Shown here: one piece after another, positions 52,055 to 64,000 of the stretch
Layout of the letters: each line of letters opens with the position of its first letter
Position numbering within the stretch: the first letter of the stretch is position 1
NCBI GenBank assembly: GCA_964016885.1
Contig: OZ024750.1
Location: forward strand, 46,190,001-46,254,000
Length of the DNA: 64,000 bases
DNA from: Eledone cirrhosa
Lineage: Eukaryota
Direction: 5' to 3'
Position numbers and translations under genes: made by a program
Notes under the pieces: model-generated
What the model was told of the DNA's origin: nothing
Seen by the model: only the letters and a program-made list of their open reading frames with translations
Databases searched by the model: none

Positions 52055-53524
52055 GCGTGTGTGTGTGTGTCTGTGTGATTCGGGCGAGGAAACTACAAGT
52101 AATTTCCAGTCTTCTTTTCTGTCGACTCACTCATATATTAGCTGAGGATTCAACCCATTCTACTCAGAGTTTGACAGGCGCACAGACACACATTCTGTCA
52201 GGAAATCCTGGACGAATTAATATCTGTGATTGTTTACATTTGCTGATAGTATCGCTACTTAAAAGTGTTTGCTAGGATTCCCCGATAATTCCTTTCAGTG
52301 AAGTCATAGGTTATTATAATTGCTATATATACGTCCCCAATTTAGAGGCAGGATCCTCGAAGCGTACAGAGACAGGGGCTTCTGCGGTGACAAGCCGGTT
52401 GTTCAAGTGAGAACTATCATAGCGTATGGTTTAAGTTGTTATGCGAATTCTAGGTTTATTACAAAAGCAGCAATAGCAACAATATCAACACAGTAATAAC
52501 AATAACAAGAACAGAACAAAAATCAAGAAGATTGTTCTATGTTATGTATGTGTGATTTCTTTGCGTAGTTTGAGTGTGCATGTGTGTGCTTATGGATTTG
52601 TATATGTTTATGTATGAGTTCACACATTCACTTGCATATGCGTTCATGCATATGTCTATTTGTTTATGCATATGTGTTTGTGCGAGAGATAGAGCGATAG
52701 AGTAAGAGGGAGTATGATTGAGACTGGGAGAAAAGGTAAGAGTGAGATTGAGAGTGAGAGAGGGCAGAGAATGGAATTAGAGAGTGAAAATAAAGATGAT
52801 TGTAAAATGTTAAAATATCCTTGGGGGTGGGGAGGAGGGGTAAGAAGCAGAGAAAATAACTAACTAAATAAACAAAAAATAATAGAAATAAATATAACAA
52901 TTTAAATACAAATAAAGTAAAATATATAACTAAGAATAATATAAAAGAAATATTATAATATAAATAAGGTTATTTGGGTGAATAAATAAACACTACAAAC
53001 GAATGATGAAGAAGAAGAAGAAGAAGAAGAAGAAGAAGAAGAAGAAGAAGAAGAAGAAGAAGAAGAAGAAAATTGAGGAGAAGGAGGATGGGGGGGAGAA
53101 GAAGAAGAAGAAGTGGGAGATTTGTGGAATAAAAGTTTTATAGGGATTTAACTGAATGTAATAGGAAGGGATGAGATGGATGGTATGGATGGGTGGTGTG
53201 GAGGTGTAGAGTAGCACAAGGGGGTGATATAATAATATAGGTGCATGGATGGTGAATGGTTGATGATGGATGGTAGATGGATGGTAGATGGATGGTTGGT
53301 GAGGTGGTGTTGTGAATCTGATAATATAATCGGGTGGATCGGGGGGGGGGGGGAATTAATGGTGAGGGAAGAGGAGTGGGTAAGCAGAGATTTAGAAAAT
53401 GAATATAAAGAGTGTAAAAAGAGGTTGTGTGGTTACTTAGCGGCGGAAGCAATCAACTTAGCAGCTACGAATACGTCTCGGGGAAACTCTAAAAGGCACA
53501 CTCACATTTAATCAAGTGTTATCT

Positions 53525-53593
<69 letters not shown>

Positions 53594-53817
53594 GTGTGTT
53601 GTTGCTGTTGTTGATGCTCATGTTATTGTGATTATTATAAATAATCTATTGAAGTAACGAAAGAAAGGAAATAATATGCTGTAGTTTATTACCATTATTA
53701 GAAATGTTACAATTATTTTATTTTATTAGTTTTGCTGTATTCAACATAATTGTTTCAGTTATTAATTCTATTATTGTAAGTTGCAGTATAATTATTATTG
53801 TTCTTAGTATTAATATT

Positions 53818-54425
53818 GGTGGTGGATTGGCAGTGTCGGTAGAGGGTCGGACGCCATGCTTTGCAGCAAAGAGTTATGGCCCTTTATGATCTGAGATCAA
53901 ATCCTGCCGAGGTTAGCTTTGCCTTTCTTCCTTACAGTGTCTATAAAATAAAGTACCAGTCACGCACTGGACTCGATTTAATCGACGTTCCCTCCCCCCA
54001 AATTGCTGGCCTTGTGCCTATATATAAGAAACCATTATTAGGATTGGCAGTATCGGTAGAGCGTCGGACACATGCTTACCGGCACAGAGTTATAGCCCTT
54101 TACGTTCTGAGTTCAAATCAGACCGAGCTTAGCTTTGCTTTTCACCCTTTCGGAGTAGATAAAATAAAGTACCAGTAATGCGCTAGAGTCGATTTAATAG
54201 ACTTTCCCCTCTGGCCAAAAAATTGTTGCGCCTAAATCAGGGTCGGACGCCATGCTTTGCAGCATAGAATTACAGCCCTTTATGTTCTGAGTTCAAATCC
54301 TTCCCAGGTTAATTGCCTTTCATCCTTACGGGGTCGATAAAATAAAGTACCAATCAAGCAATGGTGTCAATTTAATCGACATTCTCCTCTCACAAAATTG
54401 GTGGCCTTGTGCCTAAATCAGAAAC
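53818..54425 (+). mobile_element. Three tandem SINE copies (long subfamily)
   Basis: Family consensus three times, head-to-tail. Confidence 0.88.
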
Positions 54426-54772
54426 CCTTACTTTTATTGCGCATCATTGCAGCTTTACCGAGCACAGCTCTTTGCGCCTTGGGTATGCGCAGTTGCAGTG
54501 TAGTCTTTATTGGTGTTGTTTCTATTGTATTGATAGTAATTTTCGTACCATGTGTGAAGTACCTAGTAATATTATTTTTTGTATGCTGTGTATATTTATA
54601 AGTCCTGGGGGTTTTGGTTACGCTTTTACTCTTTTACCTGTTCCAGACATCCGGTTGAAGCCATGCTAGGGCAACGCCCTGGGTTATGTATTTTTCTGTG
54701 TGTGTGTGTTTTTTTATCATTCCCAGAGCACCTATTATTACTGGTATTGTTTCAGTTAGGAAAATGAAATGT

Positions 54773-55381
54773 CAGTATCGGCAGATCGTTGGATACCATA
54801 CTTTGCAGCATAGTGTTATGCCCCTTTATGTTCTGAGTTCAAATCCCGCCGAAGTTACTTTTGTCTTTCATTCTTCAGGGGTCGATAAAATAGAAATGGG
54901 GTGGATTTAATCGACTTTCGCCTTCCCCCATATTGCTGGCCTTGTGCCTCTAATAGACACCATTATAATTATTGTTGTTCAAATCTGAGTTCAAATCTGA
55001 GTTCAAATCTGAGTTCAAATCTGAGTTCAAATCCCGCCAAGGTTGACTTTGCCTTTCATCCTTACGGGGTCGATAAAATAAAGTACCAGTAATGTACTGG
55101 CTAATTGCTGGCCTTGTGCCTAAAGTAGAAACAATTATAATTATTGTTGTCGTTGTTGTTTTTAATTTCAGTAGAAGTAATACGAGTATTATTAGGTAGA
55201 TTGGCAGTATCGGTAGAGGGGCGGACACTATAATTTGACGCATAGAGTTACGCCCCTTGCTAATCTGAGTTCAAATCGCGCCAAGGTTAACTTTGCCTTT
55301 CATCCTTACGGGGTCGATAAAATAAAGTACAGTTATATACTGGGTATTTGCTGGCCTTGTGCCAAAAGTAGAAACAATTAT
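54773..55381 (+). mobile_element. Three further SINE copies (54773-54965, 54977-55137, 55196-55381)
   Basis: Family consensus. The middle copy is 5'-truncated with a reiterated B-box 12-mer. Confidence 0.88.
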
Positions 55382-55819
55382 TAGAATTTGTAATATTTTT
55401 ATCATTATGGTTACTGGTAGTTCGTTTTTTATGTATATTTCCTTATATATTTATTTCAAGTAAGGGAGATATGTTTAAATGTTGCTATAGCTTTTGTCAA
55501 TTGGCTTCGTTTGAAAACAGGCAGATGTGTTCTATTTATTGACGAGATTGAAAGGGAAAATAATACACCCCCCCCCCCTCTCCATACAAACATGCACTCA
55601 TAAATATATATATATAGATATAGATAGATTAGGAAAATCTGCTTCATAGAATCAAGACGTATCTGAGGACCTTGAGATTTTCAGAGTCAGGTTCGATCAT
55701 CACACCGATCGTGCCTCGAGCTGGTCGCCAGAAAAACGATTGTAATATGTCCAATAAATTCCATTCGTCACAACACTGATTCTCTCTTTTTTTTGTGATA
55801 TATATATATATTATATATG

Positions 55820-56000
55820 TGGATTGGCAGTATCGGTAGAGGGTCGGACGCCATGCTTTGCAGCAAAGAGTTACGGCCCTTTATGGTCTGAGTTCAAATC
55901 CCGCCGAAGTTAACTTTGCCTTTCATCCTTACGGGGTCGATAAAATAAAGTACCAGTAATACACTGGGATAATTGGTGGTCGTGTGCCAAAGGTAGAAAC

Positions 56001-56004
<4 letters not shown>
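55820..56004 (+). mobile_element. tRNA-derived SINE
   Basis: Full family sequence. Confidence 0.92.
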
Positions 56005-56092
<88 letters not shown>

Positions 56093-56204
56093 TTTGTTAA
56101 AAGTGTATGTGTTATTTATGCGTATATTATTTATACAATATGTATAACTTATTGTATTGAACCGTGTTTAGATGCAGTGTGCACTAATGTGGATATAAGA
56201 TATT

Positions 56205-56338
56205 TGTTTCTACTTTTGGCACAAGGCCAGCAATTACCCCAGGGTATTACTGGTACTTTATTTTATCAACCCCGTAAGGATGAAAGGCAAAGTTAACTTC
56301 GGCGGGATTTGAACTCAGACTATAAAGGGCCGTAATTC
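56205..56338 (-). mobile_element. tRNA-derived SINE, 5'-truncated
   Basis: Family core. Confidence 0.88.
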
Positions 56339-56437
56339 TACAGATACTGCCGGTATTTTTTTCGTCTAGGTCTGTATTCTTCCATGCTGAAAGAAGATTG
56401 ATCGTATATGTGGGCATCATTTATATATAGAGAGAGC

Positions 56438-56576
56438 CCTACTACTAGTACAACTACTACTGCTGCTGCTGTTGTTGCTGCTGCTGCTACTGCTGTTTCT
56501 TCTTCTTCTTCTTCTTCTTCTTCTTCTTCTTCTTCTTCTTCTTCTTCTTCTTCTTCTTCTTCTGCTGCTGCTGCTG

Positions 56577-56611
<35 letters not shown>

Positions 56612-56642
56612 GCTACTACTACTACTACTACTACTACTACTG

Positions 56643-56722
<80 letters not shown>

Positions 56723-56832
56723 ACTACTACTACTACTACAGCTGCTGTGGTTCCTGGTGCTTATGTTGAAGATGATGATAAGGATGATGATAAGGATGAT
56801 GATAAGGATGATGATGATGATGTTGATGATGG
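56438..56832. repeat. Compound trinucleotide tracts (CTG, TTC, CTA, AAT, GAT)
   Basis: Directly visible. Confidence 0.95.
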
Positions 56833-57876
56833 TTCTGTCACTGCCGTAAACTCTACAACTGCAGTTCAACTTCTCTTCGTTGCTGTACTTCTTAGAGTGT
56901 TATTAATAAACAGAAAGACTGTGAGTTGCCGGAAGTTCAGTGACAGGTGGAGAACTTTGTTTTAAAAAGAAGATTGTTTGATTATCTAAAATGGCTGCCA
57001 TTTCAGACAAATGACCCACATACTTTTCTATAATGTCTCTATTATTGCGCATTTATGCCCACACACACACACACACATATATACATGTGTGTATGTGTGT
57101 GTGTATATGCGCGTGTGTATGAATGTGTGTGTGTGTGTGTGTGGGTATGTATGTGTGTGTATGTATGTGTGTATGTGTGTGTGTCTGTATGTATGCATGT
57201 ATCTATGTGTGTGTGTGTATAAATATATAATAAATAATTGAGACGGTTTTATTCGTACATCTTCATTTTATTACCTAATACTATTATACGTATTTCATAG
57301 ATGTGAGGGTGGTTTTGTGATAAGCCCCGGGCATGTTTTCATCAGATAGTGTAAGATGTATTTTCCTATCTATTCATCAACTATATATATATATATACAC
57401 ATATCTCTTCGTACTCCTGGAGATGAGGGTTTCACATTTTTTCGGGGGTATGTGTTACCCATATAAACTGTCTCCCCCTATTGGGGAAAATCGACTAATT
57501 TTTTAAATTGCATTTGTGATAACATTTTACACGTTTTTATTGTATGTAAACTTCCCACTTTGTATTTGTCCCCTTCTTGTGTGCCCCTGTGGCTAATAAA
57601 GACACATATATATATATATATACACATATATATATATGTAAATATACATACATACTCATTGCTGGTTTTGTTGTTGTTGTGGTTGTTGCTGTTGGTGGTG
57701 GTGGTGGTGGTGGTGGTATTGGAGGAGGCGTAGTTTACTGCTGTTCTTATTTATACTACTGGTTGTTGGTGGTAGTTGTGATGACAGAAATATTCGTAGT
57801 GGCAAACGTGTAGTTCGCTGGTTACATTGTTTCATTCACAGTGTTGAGTTCAAGGCTGTAGGTTCAATTCCCATTA

Positions 57877-58062
57877 TGGATTGGCAGTATCGGTAGAGGG
57901 TCGGACGCCATGCTTTATAGCAAAAAGTTACGGCTATTTATGGTATGAGTTCAAACTCCGCCGAGGTTAACTTTGCCTTCCATCCATATGGGGTCGATAA
58001 AATAAAGTACCAGTGATACACTGGGTTTATTGCTGGCCTTATGCCAAACGTAGAAACACTTA
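57877..58062 (+). mobile_element. tRNA-derived SINE
   Basis: Full family sequence. Confidence 0.9.
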
Positions 58063-58215
58063 TTACATAGTGTCCTAAAGCAAGACACTTTATTTCACAC
58101 GTTGCTCTGATAGTTATGTTTATAGTGGTTGTTGGTAGTTGTGACACTGAGAACTCTGCTGAGTACACGTGTCAGTGCAATACCATTAGTGCATATTACT
58201 TTCACCTACAGACTG

Positions 58216-58389
58216 TCTTCTTCTTCTTCTTCTTCTTCTTCTTCTTCTTCTTCTTCTTCTTCTTCTTCTTCTTCTTCTTCTTCTTCTTCTTCTTCTTCTT
58301 CTTCTTCTCCACCAACTGTCACCACTACTACTACTACTACTACTACAACTACTACTACTACTACCACCACTACCACCACCACCACCACC

Positions 58390-58422
<33 letters not shown>

Positions 58423-58515
58423 TCAGATGCTTCTGTTGTTGCTATTGCTGTTGCTACTCATAATGATATTAATAATAATAATAGCAGCTACAACAACAGC
58501 AACAACAACAACAGC

Positions 58516-58554
<39 letters not shown>

Positions 58555-58569
58555 AGTAGCACAACCATC

Positions 58570-58600
<31 letters not shown>

Positions 58601-58665
58601 GCAATAGTAGCACCACCACCACCAACAACAACAACAACAGCAACAACAACAGCAATAGTAGCACC

Positions 58666-58710
<45 letters not shown>

Positions 58711-58760
58711 AGCAGCAATAACAATAACATTACTAATAACATTAATAATAATAACAAGAA
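58216..58760. repeat. Compound trinucleotide tracts (TTC, CTA, CAC, CAA)
   Basis: Directly visible. Confidence 0.95.
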
Positions 58761-58949
58761 CAGAATCCCCCCCACCCCACATTCAAATTTATTTTTCTTC
58801 GTAAACAATCTCATTTATGGTTAAATAAAACAGCAAAAACAATTCCATTTTCTCAATTTATTTGAAATTTCCATTTAAACTTCTCCATCTTATTATAGTG
58901 CAATGAAAGGCGCCATTACTGTCTTGAAAAAATAATCACATACACTGAG

Positions 58950-60245
58950 GCACACAAATATATACACATAAATATACAGGCATATATATACATATACATA
59001 CAGACTTATATACATACACACATAAACATAGAGGCATATATACGTACACACATAAACATACAGGCATATATACAGATAATCATACAGGCATATACACATA
59101 CACACATAAACATACAGACATATATACAGATAATCATACAGGCATATATACATACACACATAAACATACAGACATATATACACGTAAACATACAGGCTTA
59201 TATACACATATACATACAGGCATATATACGCATATACATACAGGCATATATACACATAAATATACAGGCATATATACATATAAACATACATGCATATATA
59301 CATATAAACATACATGCATATATACATATAAACATACAGGCATATATACATATAAACATACAGGTATATACAGATAAACATACAGGCATATATACACATA
59401 AACGTACAGGCATATATACATATAAACATACAGGCAAAAATACACACAAACATACAGGCATATATACACATAAACGTACAGGCATATATACAGATAAACA
59501 TACAGGCATATATACAGATAAACATACAGGCATATATACAGATGAACATACAGGCATATATACACATAAACGTACAGACATATATACATATAAACAAACA
59601 GGCATATATACATATAAATATACAGGCATATATACACATTAACGTACAGGCATATATACATATAAACATACAGGTATATATACATATAAACATACACACA
59701 TATATACATATAAACATAGAGGCATATATACATACACACACAAACATACAGACATATATACACGTAAACATACAGGCATATATACACATATACATACAGG
59801 CATATATACATATATACATACACACACATATACATACAGGCATATATACAGATATACATACATGCACAGATACACATAAACATACACACACATATATACC
59901 CATAAACATACAGGCATATATACACATATACATACAGACATATATACACAAACATACAGACATATATACACATATACATACAGTCACATATACACATATA
60001 CATATACATATAAACATACAGACATATATACACGTAAACATACAGGCATATATACACATATACATACAGGCTAGTATACATATATACATACACACACATA
60101 TACATACAGGCATATATGCAGATATACATACAGACATATATACACATGTACATACACACACATATACACATATACATACAGGCATATATACACATATACA
60201 TACACACACATATACACACAAGCATATATACACATATATACACAC
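58950..60245. repeat. 24-bp minisatellite (CATATATACACATAAACATACAGG)
   Basis: About 50 degenerate copies; source of the spurious 450-aa and 391-aa ORFs. Confidence 0.92.
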
Positions 60246-60399
60246 GTTTCTGACACACCTCGTATATGTGTGTAGTTGTTTTTAAATGTGTATTTGTTTG
60301 TAGGTGCATGTATATATATGTTTGTGTTTGTGCGCGCGTGTGTGTGCTTGGAGGGGGGTATGTATGTATATATAAAATATTAAGGATACTATTTATAGT

Positions 60400-60800
60400 A
60401 TGTATATACTATATACAACTATAAAGAGGTAAGGTCAGTAATGTATTACTACCTATTACCAGTAAGATAAATAGATCAATGTAAGAACATCATTTGTTAT
60501 ACAGAGCAGTAATATAGAATACACAAGAATCAAAGCTATGTTAGAATATTTATTTGCTGACAATTGTTTCTTCCAAGTCTAGGCTTGGAGTCTTCGGAGC
60601 ATTATTAATAATGTGTTTACATATAATCAACCTCCTATTCTGCCGCAGAGTCATACAGATACATATTCTGGACAACAGTGTGTGATGGTAAGATTCAAAA
60701 TTACAATTAAAAGCTTTTGGTGGAGCATGTGACAGATAATACAAGAGCGTCTAGTACATAAATAAAATTAAAGAGACAGTACTTGTGTTAGTCATACATA
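60400..60800 (-). mobile_element. Diverged terminal-repeat fragment of the 47.8-50.7 kb Penelope family, with hammerhead (60553-60603)
   Basis: Homologous to the reverse of ~50230-50680. HHR reads AATGCT-CCGAAGA-C-TCCAAG..CTTGGA-A-GAAA-CAATTG-TC/AGC. Confidence 0.8.
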
Positions 60801-61229
60801 TATATATATATATATATTGACTGAAGGCTGTCTATTGTAGCAGTCGCATTGAGTTGCAGTTCACACTGGTTTGAGGCCTAGAACCAAATACCTGTCGATT
60901 ACGTGAATCCCCTGTTCGATCATAGAACACCACAAGCTTACGTATTACGTAAGTTGGATTGATGATTTCGTATTCATAGAAACATATCGGACTATTGCAG
61001 AATATCGTTCGATCTGTCCAGGTCTGTTGTTTTAACCTGATTAGTTCTTTCGTTGTGTTGGTATTGTATGGCTGGGTTTTGCCTGCCGCAATTTTCAATT
61101 TGTCAAGCTATCTAAACGTATATTTTTACTCTGAGGGCCTACGCTTATTGAGTGCTTTGCTACTCATTCCCAATTGTAGGTCGATTTTGCTTGGCTGCAC
61201 CTAAAGCTTCGATTTTACTAAGCTTCAAC

Positions 61230-61271
<42 letters not shown>

Positions 61272-61277
<6 letters not shown>

Positions 61278-61612
61278 CTGATTATTTCTGAAGACAGCAT
61301 ATATTTGTGATGGTATGTATATTCTCCTTGATAGTTTGTATAATTTTGTACATAGATCTTTTGAATATGCATGCCAATTCTAACACATATATGTCCTAGA
61401 AACGATCGTAAAATAATGAACTTTTTTTGTTTAATATAAGGAACTGTTTCTTTGTTTTATTCATTATTTTTTTAATATTTTATCTTGACTCTGTATTCCG
61501 TTTATCTTTCACCGAAAGTGATTTTTGAATGCATCTCTTCTTTCCATGATATCCGGATTACATTGAGTTCTTCATACGGATTGGACACTACCGTAAACTT
61601 TTGGTAGATTTA
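61272..61612 (+). mobile_element. Solo terminal-repeat fragment with long-stem-II hammerhead (61281-61417), in (TA)n
   Basis: ATTATTT-CTGAAGA-[~105 nt]-GAAA-CGATCG-TA/AAATAAT. Homologous to 3016-3235 and continuing into a ~130-bp tail. Confidence 0.82.
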
Positions 61613-61618
61613 TCTATC

Positions 61619-61651
<33 letters not shown>

Positions 61652-61759
61652 ATATATGATTTTAAATAGCTCTGTACTATACATAGAGAACTCTCCTTTC
61701 CTTTTCCTTGTCTACGGAAATACAAAACATATGTGTGTGCGTGTGTGAAGGAATATAAG

Positions 61760-62865
61760 TGTGTCTGTCTCTATGTGTGGATATAGGTGTATGTGTGTAT
61801 ATATGCATATACATATATATATATGTATGAATGTATGTAGGTGTGTATATGTAAGTGTGTGTGTCAATGCCTGTGTTTATTTTTATATGAAATTATGCGG
61901 GTATGAATGCATGTGTGCATATGTGTGTATGTATATGTGTGCATATGTGTGTATGTATATGTGTATGTATATGTGTGTATGTATATGTGTGTATGTATAT
62001 ATGTGTATGTATATGTGTGAATGTATATGTGTATGTATATTTGTGTTGATATATGTGTATGTATATGTGTGTATGTATATGTGTGTATGTATATATGTGT
62101 GCATATGTGTGTATGTATATATGTGTATGTATATCTGTGTATGTATATGTGTATGTATATGTATGTATATGTGTGTATGTATATGTGTGTATGTATATGT
62201 GTGTATGTACATGTGTGTATGTATATGTGTGTATGTATATGTGTGTATGTATATGTGTATGTATATGTGTGTATGTATATGTGTATGTATATGTCTGTAT
62301 GTACATGTGTGTATGTATATGTGTGTATGTATATGTGTGGATGTAAATGTGTATGTATATGTGTGTGTGTGTATGTATATGTGTATGTATATGTCTGTAT
62401 GTATATGTCTGTATGTATATGTGTGTATGTGTCTGTGTATTTGTGTATGCGTGTTCTGAGTGAGAGAATATGTATAGGTGAATGTGTGTTTGTGTATGTG
62501 TGTGTGTTTGTGTGTTTCTGTGTGTGTTGTTGTGTTGTTGTATGTGTGTTGTGTGTGTTGTTGTTGTTGTGTTGTTGTTGTGTTGTTGTTGTTGTGTTGT
62601 TGTTGTGTTGTTGTGTTGTTGTGTTGTTGTGTTGTGTTGTTGTGTGTGTTGTTTGTGTGTGTTGTTGTTGTGTTTGTTGTTGTGTTGTTGTTGGTGTCTG
62701 TTTTGTTGTGTGTGTTGTTGTGTGTTGTTGTTTGTGTTGTTGTTGTGTGTGTGTTGTGTGTGTGTGTCTGTTGTTGTTGTGTATGTGTGTGTTGTGTGTG
62801 TTGTTGTATGTGTTGTTGTATGTGTTGTTGTGTTGTTGTGTTGTGTTGTTGTGTGTCTGTGTGTA
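61760..62865. repeat. (TGTGTATGTATA)n and (TGT/TG)n degenerate microsatellites
   Basis: Directly visible. Confidence 0.93.
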
Positions 62866-63169
62866 GATATTTATGTTTAAGTTAGTGTGTATCATCTAAA
62901 GACTTCGTTATTTAATAAAATCCCTTCTTCACACACCCCCATTCACCCCACCCCACCCTTCCACCTTCCCTACAAATTACTCTCCACGCCGCCGCTCCAT
63001 TCAATGAAAGCAACAAAGAGAGAAATAAACACTTAATCTTTTAACTTTATTAAATTGCTGAGTTGTTGTTGTTGTTGTTGTTGCCTTTATATATAGTTAG
63101 TTTTTACCTCAGTTAGCACTACATGGGAGGAGGGGAGAGGGTGTAGATGGACGTAGGGGGAGGAGGGGG

Positions 63170-63445
63170 GAGAAGAAGAAGAAGAAGAAGAAGAAGAAGA
63201 AGAAGAAGAAGAAGAAGAAGAAGAAGAAGAAGAAGAAGAAGAAAAATAATAATAATAAGAAGAAGAAAATAATAATAATAAGAAGAAGAAGAAGAAGAAG
63301 GAAAAAGAAGAGGAAAAAGAAGACGAAGAAGGAGGAAAAAGAAGAAGAAGAAGAAGAAGAAGAAGAAGAAGAAGAAGAAGAAGAAGAAGAGGAAAAAAGA
63401 AAAAAAGAAGAAGAAGAAGAAGAAGAAAAAGAAGAAGAAGAAGAA

Positions 63446-63477
<32 letters not shown>

Positions 63478-64000
63478 AGAAGAATGCCACTAATTTGTGT
63501 ATAATGTTCATTATCGTTACTCTTGTTGTTTTTGTTTGTTTGTTTTCTATTGTTGTTGTTATTGTTGTTGATGTTGTTTATATTATTGTTGATATTGTTG
63601 ATGTTGTTTATATTGTTGTTGTTGATATTGTTGTTATTATTGTTATTGTTGTTATTGTTGTTATTGTTGTTATTATTGTTATGTTGTTATTGTTGTTATT
63701 GTTGTTATTGTTGTTATTGTTGTTATTATTGTTGTTATTGCTGTTGTTTTGTTAGTGTTGTTGTTGTTGGTGTTGTTATTGCTGTTGTTGTTGTTGTTGT
63801 TGTTGTTGTTGCTGCTCTGCTGCTGCTGCTGCTGTTGTTGTTGTTGTTGTTGGTGTTGACGTTGTTATTGCCGCTGTTGTTGTTGTTGTTGATGTTGTTA
63901 TTGCTGCTGTTGTTGTTGATGTTGTTATTGCTATTGTTGTTGTTGGTGGTGGTGGTGTTGTTGGTGTTGTTATTGCTGCTGATGTTGTTGTTGTTGTTTT
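63170..64000. repeat. (GAA)n and (TTG)n tracts
   Basis: Directly visible. Confidence 0.95.

Noticed and set aside
55640-55745. Possible host exon in GC-richer unique patches (also 19640-19880, 34800-34965, 52090-52420)
   Set aside because: No recognisable protein similarity or convincing splice-site pair; needs RNA-seq.
56408-63755. Long low-complexity ORFs (up to 450 aa)
   Set aside because: Derived from trinucleotide tracts and the 24-bp and 12-bp minisatellites.

Overview
AT-rich, microsatellite-laden animal genomic DNA, most likely cephalopod/octopus-like (inferred from the SINE family and repeat landscape). No host protein-coding gene is recognisable, and almost all ORFs in the track are microsatellite artefacts. 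The real coding remnants are three Penelope-like elements (RT + C-terminal GIY-YIG; one nearly intact 659-aa ORF at 43816-45795) and decayed non-LTR LINE fragments. About 20 copies of one tRNA-derived SINE and three DNA-transposon MITEs are also present. The main hidden signal is a dense set of type I hammerhead ribozymes (HHR). The 11.9-kb 'satellite' at 5778-17630 is a concatemer of ~25 units of 476/478 bp, each carrying a HHR. Units alternate mostly as an A/B dimer and the array folds back on itself at 15744/15745. A diverged solo copy at 47414 begins exactly at the predicted self-cleavage site. At least six other HHR sequence families lie in Penelope terminal repeats or in small non-coding elements. 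Nearly all are inserted in (TA)n tracts and most share one architecture: an inverted arm joined to a direct arm that carries an extra 3' tail. This points to a Penelope-driven retrozyme/fold-back element system. Ribozyme folds were read by eye and are untested; some boundaries are approximate.
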